From NCBI GenBank assembly GCA_965262915.1, contig OZ253564.1, positions 1,920,001-1,984,000 on the forward strand: a stretch of 64,000 nucleotides of DNA. Direction: 5' to 3'. Position 1 is the stretch's first letter. The number at the start of each line of letters is the position of its first letter. A model generated the notes under the pieces. The model was not told the DNA's origin, made no database searches, and saw only the letters and a program-made list of their open reading frames with translations. The position numbers and the translations under genes are program-made. Of the stretch, positions 22,725 through 35,561 are shown piece by piece. Source of the DNA: Candidatus Spongiisociaceae bacterium. Its GTDB lineage: Bacteria; Actinomycetota; Acidimicrobiia; Spongiisociales; Spongiisociaceae.

Positions 22725-23612
22725 CTACTCCAGTCCGAACATCACCTCTCGCAGGTTGACCGTGGTGGTGTGGAAGCTGTTCGGGTCGAGTCGGGCCGAG
22801 CCGATCCGAAGGCCCGCCATTCCCTCCGCGAAGGAGGTGGTGACCCGGAGCCCGGTGTCGTCGTGGTCCAGAACCCCGAGACCCAGGCAGCGTCCGGCCC
22901 GGTCATGGACGCCCACTATGAGGCGGTCGAGCCGGGACTGGTCGAAGCCGGCGGGAAGGCTGGGGGCGAACACCGTCGGGCGTACCCTCCAGCGTTGCAG
23001 CGACTCCTCCACGGCCAGCAGGAAGCTGGCGGCGCGCAGTTCCATCCGCTCGCCGGGGCTCATGGGTATCACGCCCCGAGGGGCCGGAACCGTCACGATT
23101 TCGGCGGACAGGAAGCGCCGCAGGAGACCTACCAGGGGTTCCATCTCGGACCCTCGCTGGAGGGCCACCACCATATCGGGGCGCGTCAACTCCACCTTGT
23201 GGTATTTGAGCGACTGGCCCGTCACCCCGGAGATCCGGCCGCAGGTGTCGATCACTATGAGGTCCGCCTCGGCCCGGGCCGAGTCCACCAGAGCGGCCAC
23301 GCCCGCTACCTGCTGGAGCCGGAACCGATCCGGCTCGATCCCTCCCACGAAACGGAGTTCGTCGGCCGCAGCCATGGTCGTCAGGTCGTCCGGTGAGCGC
23401 AGCCACTTCAAGCCGACACATGTGGGAGGCCCGACCGTGGTGCGGGCGAGGTCGCTGTCGATGTACGCCACCGTCCGCCCGAACTCGAGGGCCGATCCGA
23501 CCAGCATGCGCGAGAAGGTGGTCTTGCCGGTGTCGGGCCCGCCGATCATCATCACGACGCCGCCGCTATCGGCGAGTCGTGCGGCGAGGTCGACGTGAAC
23601 AGGATCGCCCAT
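22725..23612 (-). CDS. Clp1/Grc3-family polynucleotide 5'-hydroxyl kinase-like protein
   Basis: P-loop GGPDTGKTT, IDSDL..TTVGPP, VIDTCG, LKYHK, clasp-like ERMELR. Confidence 0.78.
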   Translation of the reverse strand: MGDPVHVDLAARLADSGGVVMMIGGPDTGKTTFSRMLVGSALEFGRTVAYIDSDLARTTVGPPTCVGLKWLRSPDDLTTMAAADELRFVGGIEPDRFRLQQVAGVAALVDSARAEADLIVIDTCGRISGVTGQSLKYHKVELTRPDMVVALQRGSEMEPLVGLLRRFLSAEIVTVPAPRGVIPMSPGERMELRAASFLLAVEESLQRWRVRPTVFAPSLPAGFDQSRLDRLIVGVHDRAGRCLGLGVLDHDDTGLRVTTSFAEGMAGLRIGSARLDPNSFHTTTVNLREVMFGLE

Positions 23613-23754
23613 GGTTCAATGCTAAACGGACCGGCGTACGGCTTCGCTACCGGCCGGGAGTAGCACTCTCCTGGGAGAGTGTCAGCAACCCACCTGCGCC
23701 CCGTTGCTCAGCCGGAGAGTGGACGGTCATCCGGCGACGGTCCATCAGCAATCG

Positions 23755-24471
23755 TCATCGGTCAGCGTTGTGCTCGCGGAGGCCGCGGCGGAGAAGCGCC
23801 AGCCCTCGCAGGGTGCGGGGGACTCGGCGGAGGAGTGAGGAGCGGGCCTCTCGCAACTCCTCTACGACGACCGGGACTTCGGCTATCCGGTAACCGGCTC
23901 GCTCCGCACGCAATATCAGTTCGGTGTCGAACAGGTCGTTTGTCAACCGCACATCGGGAAGCAGTTGCTGGGCCGTCGAGGCGCGAAGCGCCTTCATGCC
24001 ATGGGTGTCGCTGAGGTTGGAGCCCACCACCGTACGCAGCAGGAAGTTGAAGACCGTGGTGGCCAGCCGGCGAATCCGGGGTCGGCGGTCCTGCGAACCG
24101 GGTGCCCGCTTGGATCCGATGACCACGTCGTTGCAGTCTGCCAACTCGGTCACCGTTCCGATGAAGGCACCCGAGTAGTAGTCGATGTCGAACACCACCA
24201 GCCAGCCCCGGGAGCCGGCGGCTTCCATCCCGGTCCGGATTGCCAGCCCGTAGTCGGCTACCGGGAGTCTGATGACATCGAGCCGGGGATCCGAGCCGGC
24301 CTCGACCACGGCTTCCGCATAGGTAGTGTCGGTGGAGCCGTTCTCGACCAGGATGATCCGGTAGTCAGCCGAGGTGGCGTCGACTTCCTGTCTCATCTTG
24401 TCGAGGGCCGGTCCCATGAATCCCGACTCGTTATGAACCGGGACGATGATGGTGAGGAATGGTTCGGTCAT
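23755..24471 (-). CDS. GT2 glycosyltransferase (polyprenol-phosphate mannose synthase-like)
   Basis: IIVPVHNE, ENGSTD, DID, VIGSK, SDTHGMK, FDTELI. Confidence 0.85.
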   Translation of the reverse strand: MTEPFLTIIVPVHNESGFMGPALDKMRQEVDATSADYRIILVENGSTDTTYAEAVVEAGSDPRLDVIRLPVADYGLAIRTGMEAAGSRGWLVVFDIDYYSGAFIGTVTELADCNDVVIGSKRAPGSQDRRPRIRRLATTVFNFLLRTVVGSNLSDTHGMKALRASTAQQLLPDVRLTNDLFDTELILRAERAGYRIAEVPVVVEELREARSSLLRRVPRTLRGLALLRRGLREHNADR

Positions 24472-24647
24472 AGCGTTGCGGGTTGGAGTGTAGATTCGGA
24501 GCGTTCGGTGTTTCTCCGGAATGCCCCTGCAGGTGACACCGGGTCTCGGCCTGCCGAGGATTGGTTCGGGGGCCGGCCGGTCCACCACCGGTGCCTCGAT
24601 CAGTGACAGAATGCCGCTTGACGGACCACGGGTACGGCAAGGCGGTC

Positions 24648-26012
24648 ATGGAACGGAACGACATCGATACCTTCGACACGATCTTCAAGGCTTATGACGT
24701 GCGGGGCCGCGTCGACACGGGGGAACTGGATGAGGAGGCCGCGGAGAGGATAGGCGCGGGATTCGCCCGTTACACCGGCGCGGCCGCGGTCGCCCTCGGC
24801 CGTGACTGCCGTCCTTCCTCGCCGTCGCTGGCGGCGGCGTTCGCGGCCGGGGTCACATCGCAGGAGGTGGATGTCGCGGACCTGGGCCAGGTGCCGACAG
24901 AGGTCGTCTACTTCCACTCGGGTCGGAACGAGGTCCCGGGCGCCGTGGTCACGGCCTCCCACAACCCTGCCGGTTACAACGGGTTCAAGCTGTGTCACCG
25001 GGGTGCGGCTCCGATAGGCGCCGGCACCGGGCTCGAGGAGATCAGGGAGTTCGCCCGCCGGGCGGTACCGGGTTCGCCCGCCGGGCGGAGGGGGCGGGTG
25101 GCGGCGTTCGATGCGATGCCGGGGTTTCTTGAACATCTCACCGGGATCGTCGATCCGGCCGGTATCGGGCGGTTGCGGGTTGCGGTGGACGCCGGCAACG
25201 GGATGGCGGGCCTGGTCCTCGGGGATTTGTTCGGACGCTTGGATGCCCGGATGACGGGTCTCTATCTCGAACCGGATGGTTCCTTTCCCAACCATCCCGC
25301 CGATCCCCTCGACCCGGACAACCTGGCCGACCTGGCCGAGTCGGTCCTCTCCGGAGCGGCCGACGTCGGGGTGGCGTTCGATGGTGATGCCGACAGGGCG
25401 GTATTCGTGGACGAAGCCGGAGTGCCGCTCCCGGGGAGTACCACGACCGCCATCATCTCGGGTTGGTTTCTCCGGCGTCGCCCGGGTGCCCGCATCGTCC
25501 ATAACCTGATCTGTTCCAGGAACGTGGCCGAGACCATCCGCGCCGCGGGGGGAGTGCCCGTCCGCACGAGGGTCGGCCACTCGTTCATCAAGGCGGTGAT
25601 GGCCGAGACGGGGGCGGTGTTCGGAGGGGAGCACTCGGGTCACTACTACTTCCGGGACAACTACGGCGCCGACAGCGGGATGCTGGCCATGCTGGTGCTG
25701 ATGACGGTGCTCACCGAAGCAGGCGCGCCATTGTCGGAGTTGCGTCGTAGCTACGAGCCGTACGCGATGTCGGGCGAGATCAACACCGAGGTGGCGGATC
25801 CGGGGGCCGCAATCGAAGCGGTGGCGGCTGCGTATGCGGATGTTCCCCAAGACCGGCTGGATGGCCTCACCGTCGACCTGGGGGATCGCTGGTTCAACCT
25901 GCGGCCCAGCAATACCGAGCCGCTCCTACGGCTCAACGCGGAAGCCCCGGACCGGAGGGCGGTGGCTGTGCTGGCGGCCGACGTAGGTGAGATGATCTCC
26001 CGATTCCGGTAG
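24648..26012 (+). CDS. manB: Phosphomannomutase/phosphoglucomutase
   Basis: IFKAYDVRG, TASHNP, FDGDADR, GGEHSGHYYF, LRPSNTEPLLRLN. Confidence 0.92.
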   Translation: MERNDIDTFDTIFKAYDVRGRVDTGELDEEAAERIGAGFARYTGAAAVALGRDCRPSSPSLAAAFAAGVTSQEVDVADLGQVPTEVVYFHSGRNEVPGAVVTASHNPAGYNGFKLCHRGAAPIGAGTGLEEIREFARRAVPGSPAGRRGRVAAFDAMPGFLEHLTGIVDPAGIGRLRVAVDAGNGMAGLVLGDLFGRLDARMTGLYLEPDGSFPNHPADPLDPDNLADLAESVLSGAADVGVAFDGDADRAVFVDEAGVPLPGSTTTAIISGWFLRRRPGARIVHNLICSRNVAETIRAAGGVPVRTRVGHSFIKAVMAETGAVFGGEHSGHYYFRDNYGADSGMLAMLVLMTVLTEAGAPLSELRRSYEPYAMSGEINTEVADPGAAIEAVAAAYADVPQDRLDGLTVDLGDRWFNLRPSNTEPLLRLNAEAPDRRAVAVLAADVGEMISRFR

Positions 26013-26132
26013 CGGGATGCCAGGTTCGTCGACATGACCTCGCGGCGCCGGCTCGGTTCGTGCGGGGCTGAACCGGTGTGACCGTCGCCCGGTGGCGTCG
26101 GGATGTCACAGCGGCTCGTTACTTTTTAGGTC

Positions 26133-26735
26133 ATGGTCTGCGTCGTGTGCGGATGGTTGAGGGGACGGGTGGTGGAGACACGCGGACTCCGGGGGAGGGC
26201 GGCGGGCGGTGCCCTATGCCTGAGTTGCACCCGGTCGCTACGTCGCGCCGAAGATGTGAGGCTCGAGTCAGGTCTCTTGGTCCGGTCGCTCTTCGTTCAC
26301 GAAGGACCCGCCCGGTCGGCCGTGCACGCTCTGAAGTATCGGGGAGCCGACCGCATCGCCGCGGTACTGGCCCCACGCCTCGCCGGTCTCCTGCCCGACG
26401 GTACGTCGGCCGTGGTTCCGGTGCCTCGCGCCCTGGTACGAAGGATCCGCTTCGGGATCGATCCCGGTCGGGTTCTCGCCCGGGAGGTGGGGCGCGTCGC
26501 CGGACTGCCCGTCGCGGATGTGCTGCGCGCTCCCGTGCACCACCGGAGCCAGCTGCAGGTACGAAGAGCCGAGGGCCTCCGGTTCCGGCCGGTCGGTCAC
26601 GCCCCCGGCCACGCGGTCCTGATCGACGATGTCCTGACCACCGGCGCCACCCTCGACGCGGCCGCCGCGGCGTGCCGAGGATCGGTCTCGAGGGCGATCA
26701 CGTTGACCCGGTCACCCGCCACCGGTGGCCGGTGA
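26133..26735 (+). CDS. comF: ComF family phosphoribosyltransferase-like protein
   Basis: N-terminal CxxC..CxxC, ALKY, LIDDVLTTGATL; conserved position upstream of hpf-secA. Confidence 0.8.
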   Translation: MVCVVCGWLRGRVVETRGLRGRAAGGALCLSCTRSLRRAEDVRLESGLLVRSLFVHEGPARSAVHALKYRGADRIAAVLAPRLAGLLPDGTSAVVPVPRALVRRIRFGIDPGRVLAREVGRVAGLPVADVLRAPVHHRSQLQVRRAEGLRFRPVGHAPGHAVLIDDVLTTGATLDAAAAACRGSVSRAITLTRSPATGGR

Positions 26736-26765
26736 CCGGGTTCCTGCTACCTGTCACCGGCTACT
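26720..26765. repeat. Short heptamer-type hairpin
   Basis: GGTGGCCGGTGACCGG...CCTGTCACCGGCTAC, similar to 22635 and 30784 elements. Confidence 0.5.
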
Positions 26766-26776
26766 AATGTCGTGGC

Positions 26777-27337
26777 ATGGAGGTGCGGGTACACGGACGC
26801 GGGGTCCGGATCACCGAGCGAATCCGTACCTACGCGGTGGCGAAGGTGGTCCGATCAGCCAGATTCTTCAACCGGCTGGGTGATGTAGATGTGAATCTCA
26901 TCTCGGTTGACCCGCCCCAAGCGGGTAAGCGTTTCCGAGCCGAGTTGTCGACCCGCTCGGCGCGGCACAGCGTACGAGCCGCGGGTGACGGAGACACGAT
27001 GGAGCATGCTCTGGATGTTGCCGCCGACCGCTTCGGCGCCCGTCTCCGGCGCCTTGGTGAGCGGTTGACCGAGCGGCGCAGGCAACGAACTGGGAGCCCG
27101 GCGACGGACGGGACACGGGGTGGGGATCTCGGTGAAGCGTCCGCACCCGCCGACCGTATCCGCGAGATTGTGCGGGTGCGCCCCTCCGCGGACAAACCGA
27201 TGACCCCCGAAGACGCCGCCCTGGTCATGGACCAGCAAGGCCACTCGTTCCTTGTATTCACCAATGCCGAGACCGGCCGGTTCGGGGTTCTTTACCGGCG
27301 AAACGATGGCAGGCTGGGGCTGATCGAGCCGGAATGA
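26777..27337 (+). CDS. hpf: Ribosome hibernation promoting factor (long HPF)
   Basis: MEVRVHGR..ITERIR; C-terminal KPMTPEDA..GHSFLVF.NAET..VLYRRNDGRLGLIEP. Confidence 0.88.
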   Translation: MEVRVHGRGVRITERIRTYAVAKVVRSARFFNRLGDVDVNLISVDPPQAGKRFRAELSTRSARHSVRAAGDGDTMEHALDVAADRFGARLRRLGERLTERRRQRTGSPATDGTRGGDLGEASAPADRIREIVRVRPSADKPMTPEDAALVMDQQGHSFLVFTNAETGRFGVLYRRNDGRLGLIEPE

Positions 27338-27494
27338 GGCAATGGCGGCGGCACCGCCGGAGTGAAGGAGAATGCTCGACGATGACGATTTCCGTTGGTC
27401 TGCCGCCGGACGACCCGGTTCCCGGTTCGATAGCATGTAATCGATCCGTTCCTCCCGGCGGATCCCCCGATTGACCCCGAAAGAACGGTGAGCG

Positions 27495-30133
<2,639 letters not shown>

Positions 30134-30137
<4 letters not shown>

Positions 30138-30364
30138 CCGTCCTTCTTCTTGAAGGACTTGGCGTAGTTCTGGTGGCCCTCTTCGATTTGCGTGTATACG
30201 GCGCCAGTGGCGCTGTAACCACCTCCGGAACCAGTGCCACCCATGCCAGGACCACTTGAGTGAAGTGCGTCCTTGGCGGTCCTGGCGAGCGAATCGTCCA
30301 CGCTCGGAGCGGGAGGCTGCCAGTTCTTGTTCAGCAGCAAGCGGAAGAATCGTCTCAGGCTCAT
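30134..30364 (-). CDS. Small hypothetical protein (76 aa, Gly-rich)
   Basis: Strong RBS GAGGAGGG before ATG; MSLRRFFRLLL..GMGGTGSGGG..KKKDG; stop overlaps secA stop. Confidence 0.55.
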
Positions 30365-30440
30365 CTTGCTCCCCTCCTCTTCCCCGGGCGACATGGTACT
30401 CGGGTTGCTGGTACACGGCTCCGAGAACGGGTGAACAGGA

Positions 30441-30773
30441 TCAGACGTTACCCGCCGGCCGGTTGCGGGAGTCGTGGTTCCAATCCTCGATGCAGCGCTC
30501 CACCAGTGGTACCGGATGGACCGACCTGGTGAGGTCGCCGGCGGAGACGAACACGCTGGGCGGGATCTTCGGATCGAAGGAACGCAGGTAGGCGGGGCCG
30601 TCTTCCTCGAGCCGCCTCCAGGCGGCGGACCACTGGAACCCGGTCGGGCCGATGATATGGCGAGCCGCGGTATGGATATCGCGGGGGAGTTGGCGGACGC
30701 CCGCACGGCGGGCCATCCATTCCGCGATGAACTCCTTGCAGCATCTTCGGAGTGTTGTAACTGACTGTCTCAT
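30441..30773 (-). CDS. Hypothetical protein (110 aa)
   Basis: GC-rich third codon positions typical of this genome's genes; no recognised motif. Confidence 0.55.
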   Translation of the reverse strand: MRQSVTTLRRCCKEFIAEWMARRAGVRQLPRDIHTAARHIIGPTGFQWSAAWRRLEEDGPAYLRSFDPKIPPSVFVSAGDLTRSVHPVPLVERCIEDWNHDSRNRPAGNV

Positions 30774-30783
30774 AGCCCCAATC

Positions 30784-30845
30784 TAGTGGTCGGTGGCCGG
30801 TACTCCGCACTGGTCACCGACCACCCGCTACTGATCTCCGGCCGC
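30784..30845. repeat. Heptamer-type hairpin
   Basis: TAGTGGTCGGTGGCCGGT...ACTGGTCACCGACCAC. Confidence 0.55.
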
Positions 30846-30867
30846 CGGTGCTAGCCTTCCGCCCGTT

Positions 30868-32005
30868 ATGGATCGTCCCGACCCCCGCTCGATCATCGAA
30901 GACCTCCGCGCCCGGCTGTCCGATGCCCGGAGGTTCCTTTGATGTCGACGCGAAGGTCGCCGAACTGGCGGACCTCAGGGTGGCGGTCGCTCGCCCGAAC
31001 CTGTGGGACGATCCCGGCAACGCCACCCGCCTGACCCGCCGCCTGGGTCGGATCGAGCGGTTGGTCGCCCGGGTGGAGGCTCTGTCCGGAGAGTTGGAGG
31101 ACGCCGCGATCCTGGCGGATCTCGCCGATGAGGAGGACGACGCCGCCACGTTCGCAGAGGTAAGCGACGATCTGGTGTCGACCGCCCGGCGGATCTCCGA
31201 CCTGGAGTTGGAGTCGCTCTACTTCGGCGAGTACGACGACCATCCGGCAATACTGAGCGTGCATGCCGGCGCCGGGGGGGTGGACGCCCAGGACTGGGCG
31301 GAGATGATGCTCCGGATGTACACCCGCTACGTGGGCGTTGCGGGCCTCGACCACGAGATCGACGATCTCCAGCCGGGGGAGGAGGCCGGGATCAAGTCCG
31401 CCACGTTGACGGTGGAAGGCACCCACGCCTACGCCATCCTCGAGGCCGAGCGGGGCGTGCATCGGCTGGTACGCATCTCCCCGTTCGATTCCAACTCGCG
31501 GCGCCACACGTCGTTCGCGGGCGTGGACGTGGTGCCGCTGGTCGAGGACACGCGGGTCGAGATCGACAGCGAGGATCTACGTATAGACACCTACCGGTCG
31601 CAGGGCGCCGGCGGCCAGCACGTGAACACCACCGACTCCGCGGTCCGTCTTACCCACCTTCCGAGCGGGATTGTGGTGGCCTGCCAGGCGGAGCGGTCCC
31701 AGATCCAGAACCGGGCCAGGGCCATGGCGTTGCTCAGAGCCAAGCTGGCCGAACTGGCTCGTGAGGAGCAGCGACGGGAGCTGGACCAGATCAGGGGCGA
31801 GCAGACCGAGGCGGGGTGGGGACGCCAGATCCGTTCGTACGTACTCCAACCCTACCAACAGGTCAAGGATCTGAGGACGGGTCTCGAGATAGGCAACGTG
31901 TCGGGGGTGCTGAACGGGAACCTGGGCGGATTGACTGAGTCCTACCTCCATTGGCGGCGCGCCAACCGGGAGCGTCAGGACCGAGTATCCACCCAAAGAC
32001 TCTGA
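30868..32005 (+). CDS. prfB: Peptide chain release factor 2 with programmed +1 frameshift
   Basis: ATG 30868, 24 codons to GGAGG-TTC-CTT-TGA-T; +1 frame contains SPF and GAGGQHVN. Confidence 0.95.
30929..30943 (+). promoter_or_regulatory. RF2 autoregulatory frameshift cassette
   Basis: Internal SD GGAGG 3 nt before in-frame CTT TGA. Confidence 0.9.
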
Positions 32006-32070
32006 GTAATGCGGGCCCGTTGTTAACCTCAGCCTTCCGCACGCCTCCCAGTTCATAGCATTGGAACGTC

Positions 32071-32772
32071 ATGATCCGGCTCCATAAGGTCTCCAAGGTC
32101 TACGACGGTGGCATCGTCGCGGTGCGTGACATCGAGATGGACATCAGGAAAGGCGAGTTCGTGTTCCTGGTCGGGCCTTCCGGCTCGGGTAAGTCCACGT
32201 TGATACGGATGTGCCTGCGCGAGGAGAAGGTGACCAGGGGCAGGATCTGGGTAGCGGGTAAGGATATCACCAGGATGCCGTCGTGGAGGGTGCCGTACCT
32301 GCGCCGCACCGTGGGCACCGTGTTCCAGGACTTCAAGCTGCTGCCCAACAAGACCGTGGCCGAGAACGTGGCCTTCGCCATGAAGGTTACCGGACGTCCG
32401 CGCTCCATCGTCCGCCGCCAGGTGCCCCAGATCCTGGAGTTGGTGGGCCTCTCCGCCAAGGCCGATCGCTATCCCCGGCAGCTGTCGGGAGGCGAGCAGC
32501 AGCGGGTGTCGATCGCACGGGCCTTCGTCAACCGGCCCATGATCCTGCTGGCCGACGAGCCCACCGGCAACCTCGACCCGGCCACCTCGGTGGGCATCAT
32601 GCGCCTCCTCGACCGTATCAACCGGACCGGAACGACGGTGATGATGGCCACTCACGATCATGCCATCGTGGATGCCATGCGCCGGCGGGTCGTGCAACTC
32701 GACCGCGGCCGGGTGGTGCGGGACCAACCCGGATCCGGTTACGAATCGGGCCGTGAACTGATGGAGCCCTAG
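32071..32772 (+). CDS. ftsE: Cell division ATP-binding protein FtsE
   Basis: GPSGSGKS, VFQDFKLL, LSGGEQQR, ADEPTGNLD; upstream of ftsX. Confidence 0.95.
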   Translation: MIRLHKVSKVYDGGIVAVRDIEMDIRKGEFVFLVGPSGSGKSTLIRMCLREEKVTRGRIWVAGKDITRMPSWRVPYLRRTVGTVFQDFKLLPNKTVAENVAFAMKVTGRPRSIVRRQVPQILELVGLSAKADRYPRQLSGGEQQRVSIARAFVNRPMILLADEPTGNLDPATSVGIMRLLDRINRTGTTVMMATHDHAIVDAMRRRVVQLDRGRVVRDQPGSGYESGRELMEP

Positions 32773-32894
32773 TGGTTAGTAGATGCACCCCTGCGGGTAA
32801 GCCTTCGCGGGAGGGCCTCGGAGGGATCGGTGTCAACGGCGAATACGACGCTGCATCTTCCCGAGGGGTCGCTGCTAGTGAATCCCCGTAGCGC

Positions 32895-33767
32895 ATGAGC
32901 ATCATCCTCTACCTGGTCAGCGAGGCTTTCATCAACCTGCGTCGCAACGTCCTGGTGGCGATGGGCGCGGTCCTGGCGGTGTTCGTCTCGCTGGCTCTGT
33001 CATTCGGCGCGCTGGTGTTCAACGAGCTGGTCCGGATCAATACGTTGCAGTGGCAGGAGGGGGATCACCTGATCGTCTTCCTCAAGGATGAAGGTGGGAC
33101 GGCGGCCCACCACGAACTCCTGAGACAGGTCAGTGAGTACGAAGAGGTGGAGAGGGCCTGGTATCTGGACAAGGCGGGCGCCTACCAGGAGTTCCAGGAG
33201 ATGTACAGTGACCAGCCGGCCCTGGCCGCCACCGTCACGGCCGCGGACCTTCCGGCATCCATACGGGTGGAACTGAAGGACATCTCCGCCTACCAGGAGG
33301 TGCAGTTCCGCCTCGTAGGCGATCCGCTGCTGCGGCGACTCTCCGTATTCAGCGAAGGCATCGAGCGGCTCATGAGCCTGACTCAGGTCCTCAACTCGAT
33401 CGGTATCGGTCTCGTGGCTGTCCTGGGGGCGGCCGCCGTGGTGCTGATCGCCAACACCATCCGGATGGCTATCTACGCCCGGCGGGAGGAGATAGCCATC
33501 ATGAAGCTGGTCGGGGCGGGGAACTGGTTCATCCGGGTGCCGTTCATCCTGGAAGGCGCCACCGTCGGCTTGTTGGGGGGCGCCCTGGCGGTGGCGGCGG
33601 TGTTCGCCAGCCACCAGTTGCTGGGGCGGATTCCCACCGACATCCTCATCCGTTTCCAAGTCGAATCGGACTTCCTATTCGGGCGCGGCATCATGATCCT
33701 TTCGTTCGGGGGTCTGGCAGGATTCTTGGGGAGCAGCCTCGGTCTGAGACGGTTCCTGAGGGTGTGA
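32895..33767 (+). CDS. ftsX: Cell division permease FtsX
   Basis: NTIRMAIYARREEIAIMKLVGAGNWFIRVPFILEG. Confidence 0.93.
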   Translation: MSIILYLVSEAFINLRRNVLVAMGAVLAVFVSLALSFGALVFNELVRINTLQWQEGDHLIVFLKDEGGTAAHHELLRQVSEYEEVERAWYLDKAGAYQEFQEMYSDQPALAATVTAADLPASIRVELKDISAYQEVQFRLVGDPLLRRLSVFSEGIERLMSLTQVLNSIGIGLVAVLGAAAVVLIANTIRMAIYARREEIAIMKLVGAGNWFIRVPFILEGATVGLLGGALAVAAVFASHQLLGRIPTDILIRFQVESDFLFGRGIMILSFGGLAGFLGSSLGLRRFLRV

Positions 33768-33770
33768 CCG

Positions 33771-34976
33771 GTGCGCCGACGGGTGCTGGTCGGATGTCTG
33801 GCGGGACTCCTGCTGGCACTCGCCGCCATGACTGCTCCGGTGGTGGAAGCCCAGGATGAGGAGCAGAGGCTGGAAGATGTGGAGCGGCAGATCCAGGATT
33901 TCCGCAGTCGGATCGAGGCCGCCCGATCGGAACGCACCGCCTATGCGGAGGCTATCGAAGTGGCGCAGGCTCGGCTCGGCCAGCTGGCTGCCACCCTCTC
34001 GGAGGCCGAAGCGGCTCTGATGGCAGCCGAGTCCGTGGTGCGGGCCGGAGAGGACGCAGTGGCCGAACTGGATCGTAGGATCCGGCTGCTCGACGCTGAA
34101 CTCGGCGGGACGAGGCTGGAGCAACGCCTGACCCGTGACATGATCCGTGACCGGGCCGTGGAGTTGTACATGAACGCTTCGTCGGGCGTCTATACCGCCT
34201 TCTTCGGCACCGAGGATGTCGAGGCGGCCTCGATCAAGCTCGAATACACCCGGGGCCTCCTGGAGGACACTGAGATCTTGCTGGCCTCCCTACAGGTGTT
34301 GGAGCGGCAGGAGATCACCCGCCAGGATCGGTTGTGGGAGGAGCAGGACCGCGAGGCGGTGGTGCTGCAGCAACTGGAAGCCGAACTGGTCCGGGCCGAG
34401 GAGCACCGGACGGCGGTTGAAGCCGCCCGGGAGGATGTTCGGCGGGAGGTCTCCCTCCAGGAGTCCCTGCTGGCCGAGGTCACCGCCGAGATCGCGCAAC
34501 ACGAGGATCATGTGGTGGCCCTTGAGGCCGAATCCAAGCAGCTCGAGTTGGAGATCCTGCGGCGGCAGGTCAGGGAGGGACGGGCGCCTGGGCGGCTGGC
34601 CTGGCCGGTGGGTGGGGAGATCACGTCTCCGTTCGGGTGGCGTATCCATCCGATCCTGGGTGGTCGGCGGATGCACAACGGTATCGACATGGGCTCCTGG
34701 TCGGGAGAACCGATCCACGCCGCCGGCAACGGGACGGTCATCCTCGCCGAGCGATGGGGAGGTTACGGCCGGACGGTGGTCATCGACCACGGGGGTAGGG
34801 TGGCCACCCTGTACGGTCACCAGTCGTCGATCGCCGTGTCGGTGGGCGATGAGGTGCTTGCCGGTGACGTCATCGGGTATGTAGGGTGCTCCGGCTATTG
34901 CACCGGTCCGCACCTCCACTTCGAGGTTCGGGAGGTGGGCGCGCCTGTGGATCCTATGCTCTACCTGCCCCGGTAA
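33771..34976 (+). CDS. Coiled-coil M23 peptidoglycan hydrolase (FtsEX partner)
   Basis: Signal peptide, long coiled coil, MHNGID, TLYGH, TGPHLHFE. Confidence 0.88.
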   Translation: MRRRVLVGCLAGLLLALAAMTAPVVEAQDEEQRLEDVERQIQDFRSRIEAARSERTAYAEAIEVAQARLGQLAATLSEAEAALMAAESVVRAGEDAVAELDRRIRLLDAELGGTRLEQRLTRDMIRDRAVELYMNASSGVYTAFFGTEDVEAASIKLEYTRGLLEDTEILLASLQVLERQEITRQDRLWEEQDREAVVLQQLEAELVRAEEHRTAVEAAREDVRREVSLQESLLAEVTAEIAQHEDHVVALEAESKQLELEILRRQVREGRAPGRLAWPVGGEITSPFGWRIHPILGGRRMHNGIDMGSWSGEPIHAAGNGTVILAERWGGYGRTVVIDHGGRVATLYGHQSSIAVSVGDEVLAGDVIGYVGCSGYCTGPHLHFEVREVGAPVDPMLYLPR

Positions 34977-35000
34977 CCGAAGCATGAACGGGAAGGGCCG

Positions 35001-35480
35001 ATGAGCGGGAAGAAGCTGAACAGGGCCGCCATAGCCACGAACCGGCGCGCCCGGTACGACTACGTCTTCGAGGACGAGTACGAGGCGGGGATAGTCCTGA
35101 CCGGCTCGGAGGTGAAAAGTCTGAGGGCGGGCCAAGCGCAGCTCAAGGAGGCCTACGGTCTGGTCAGGGAGGGGGAGGTGTGGCTGGTCGGCGTGCATAT
35201 CGCCCCCTACAGGATGGCTCGGCACGGTGGCCACGAGCCCACCCGGGACCGGAAGCTGTTGCTGCACGCCGGCGAGATTGCCCGTATCTCCCGGCGGGTT
35301 CATGAGCGGGGCCGCACCCTGGTTCCGATCCGGATGTACTGGAAGGGTGGTCGTGCGAAGGTACTCCTGGGACTCGGCCGCGGCGCCCGCAAGTACGACA
35401 AGCGTCAGAAGATCAGGACCCGCGAGATGCGGAGGGAAGCCGAACAAGCCATCTCCGGCAAGGGCCGCCGTCCTCGCTGA
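35001..35480 (+). CDS. smpB: SsrA-binding protein
   Basis: NRRARYDY, EAGIVLTGSEVKSLR, RKLLLH, YDKR. Confidence 0.96.
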   Translation: MSGKKLNRAAIATNRRARYDYVFEDEYEAGIVLTGSEVKSLRAGQAQLKEAYGLVREGEVWLVGVHIAPYRMARHGGHEPTRDRKLLLHAGEIARISRRVHERGRTLVPIRMYWKGGRAKVLLGLGRGARKYDKRQKIRTREMRREAEQAISGKGRRPR

Positions 35481-35561
35481 CGCCCACGGTCGGCTGTGTG
35501 TGGTTGTATCGAGCGTGGCCGCGGTGTCCCCGTGTTGCGGTACACTTGGGGCCAGCCCTAT

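Noticed and set aside
23660-23685. CIRCE-like inverted repeat TAGCACTC-N8-GAGTGTCA
   Set aside because: Spacer is 8 rather than 9, right arm mismatched and no chaperone gene adjacent; may be a MITE-end relic
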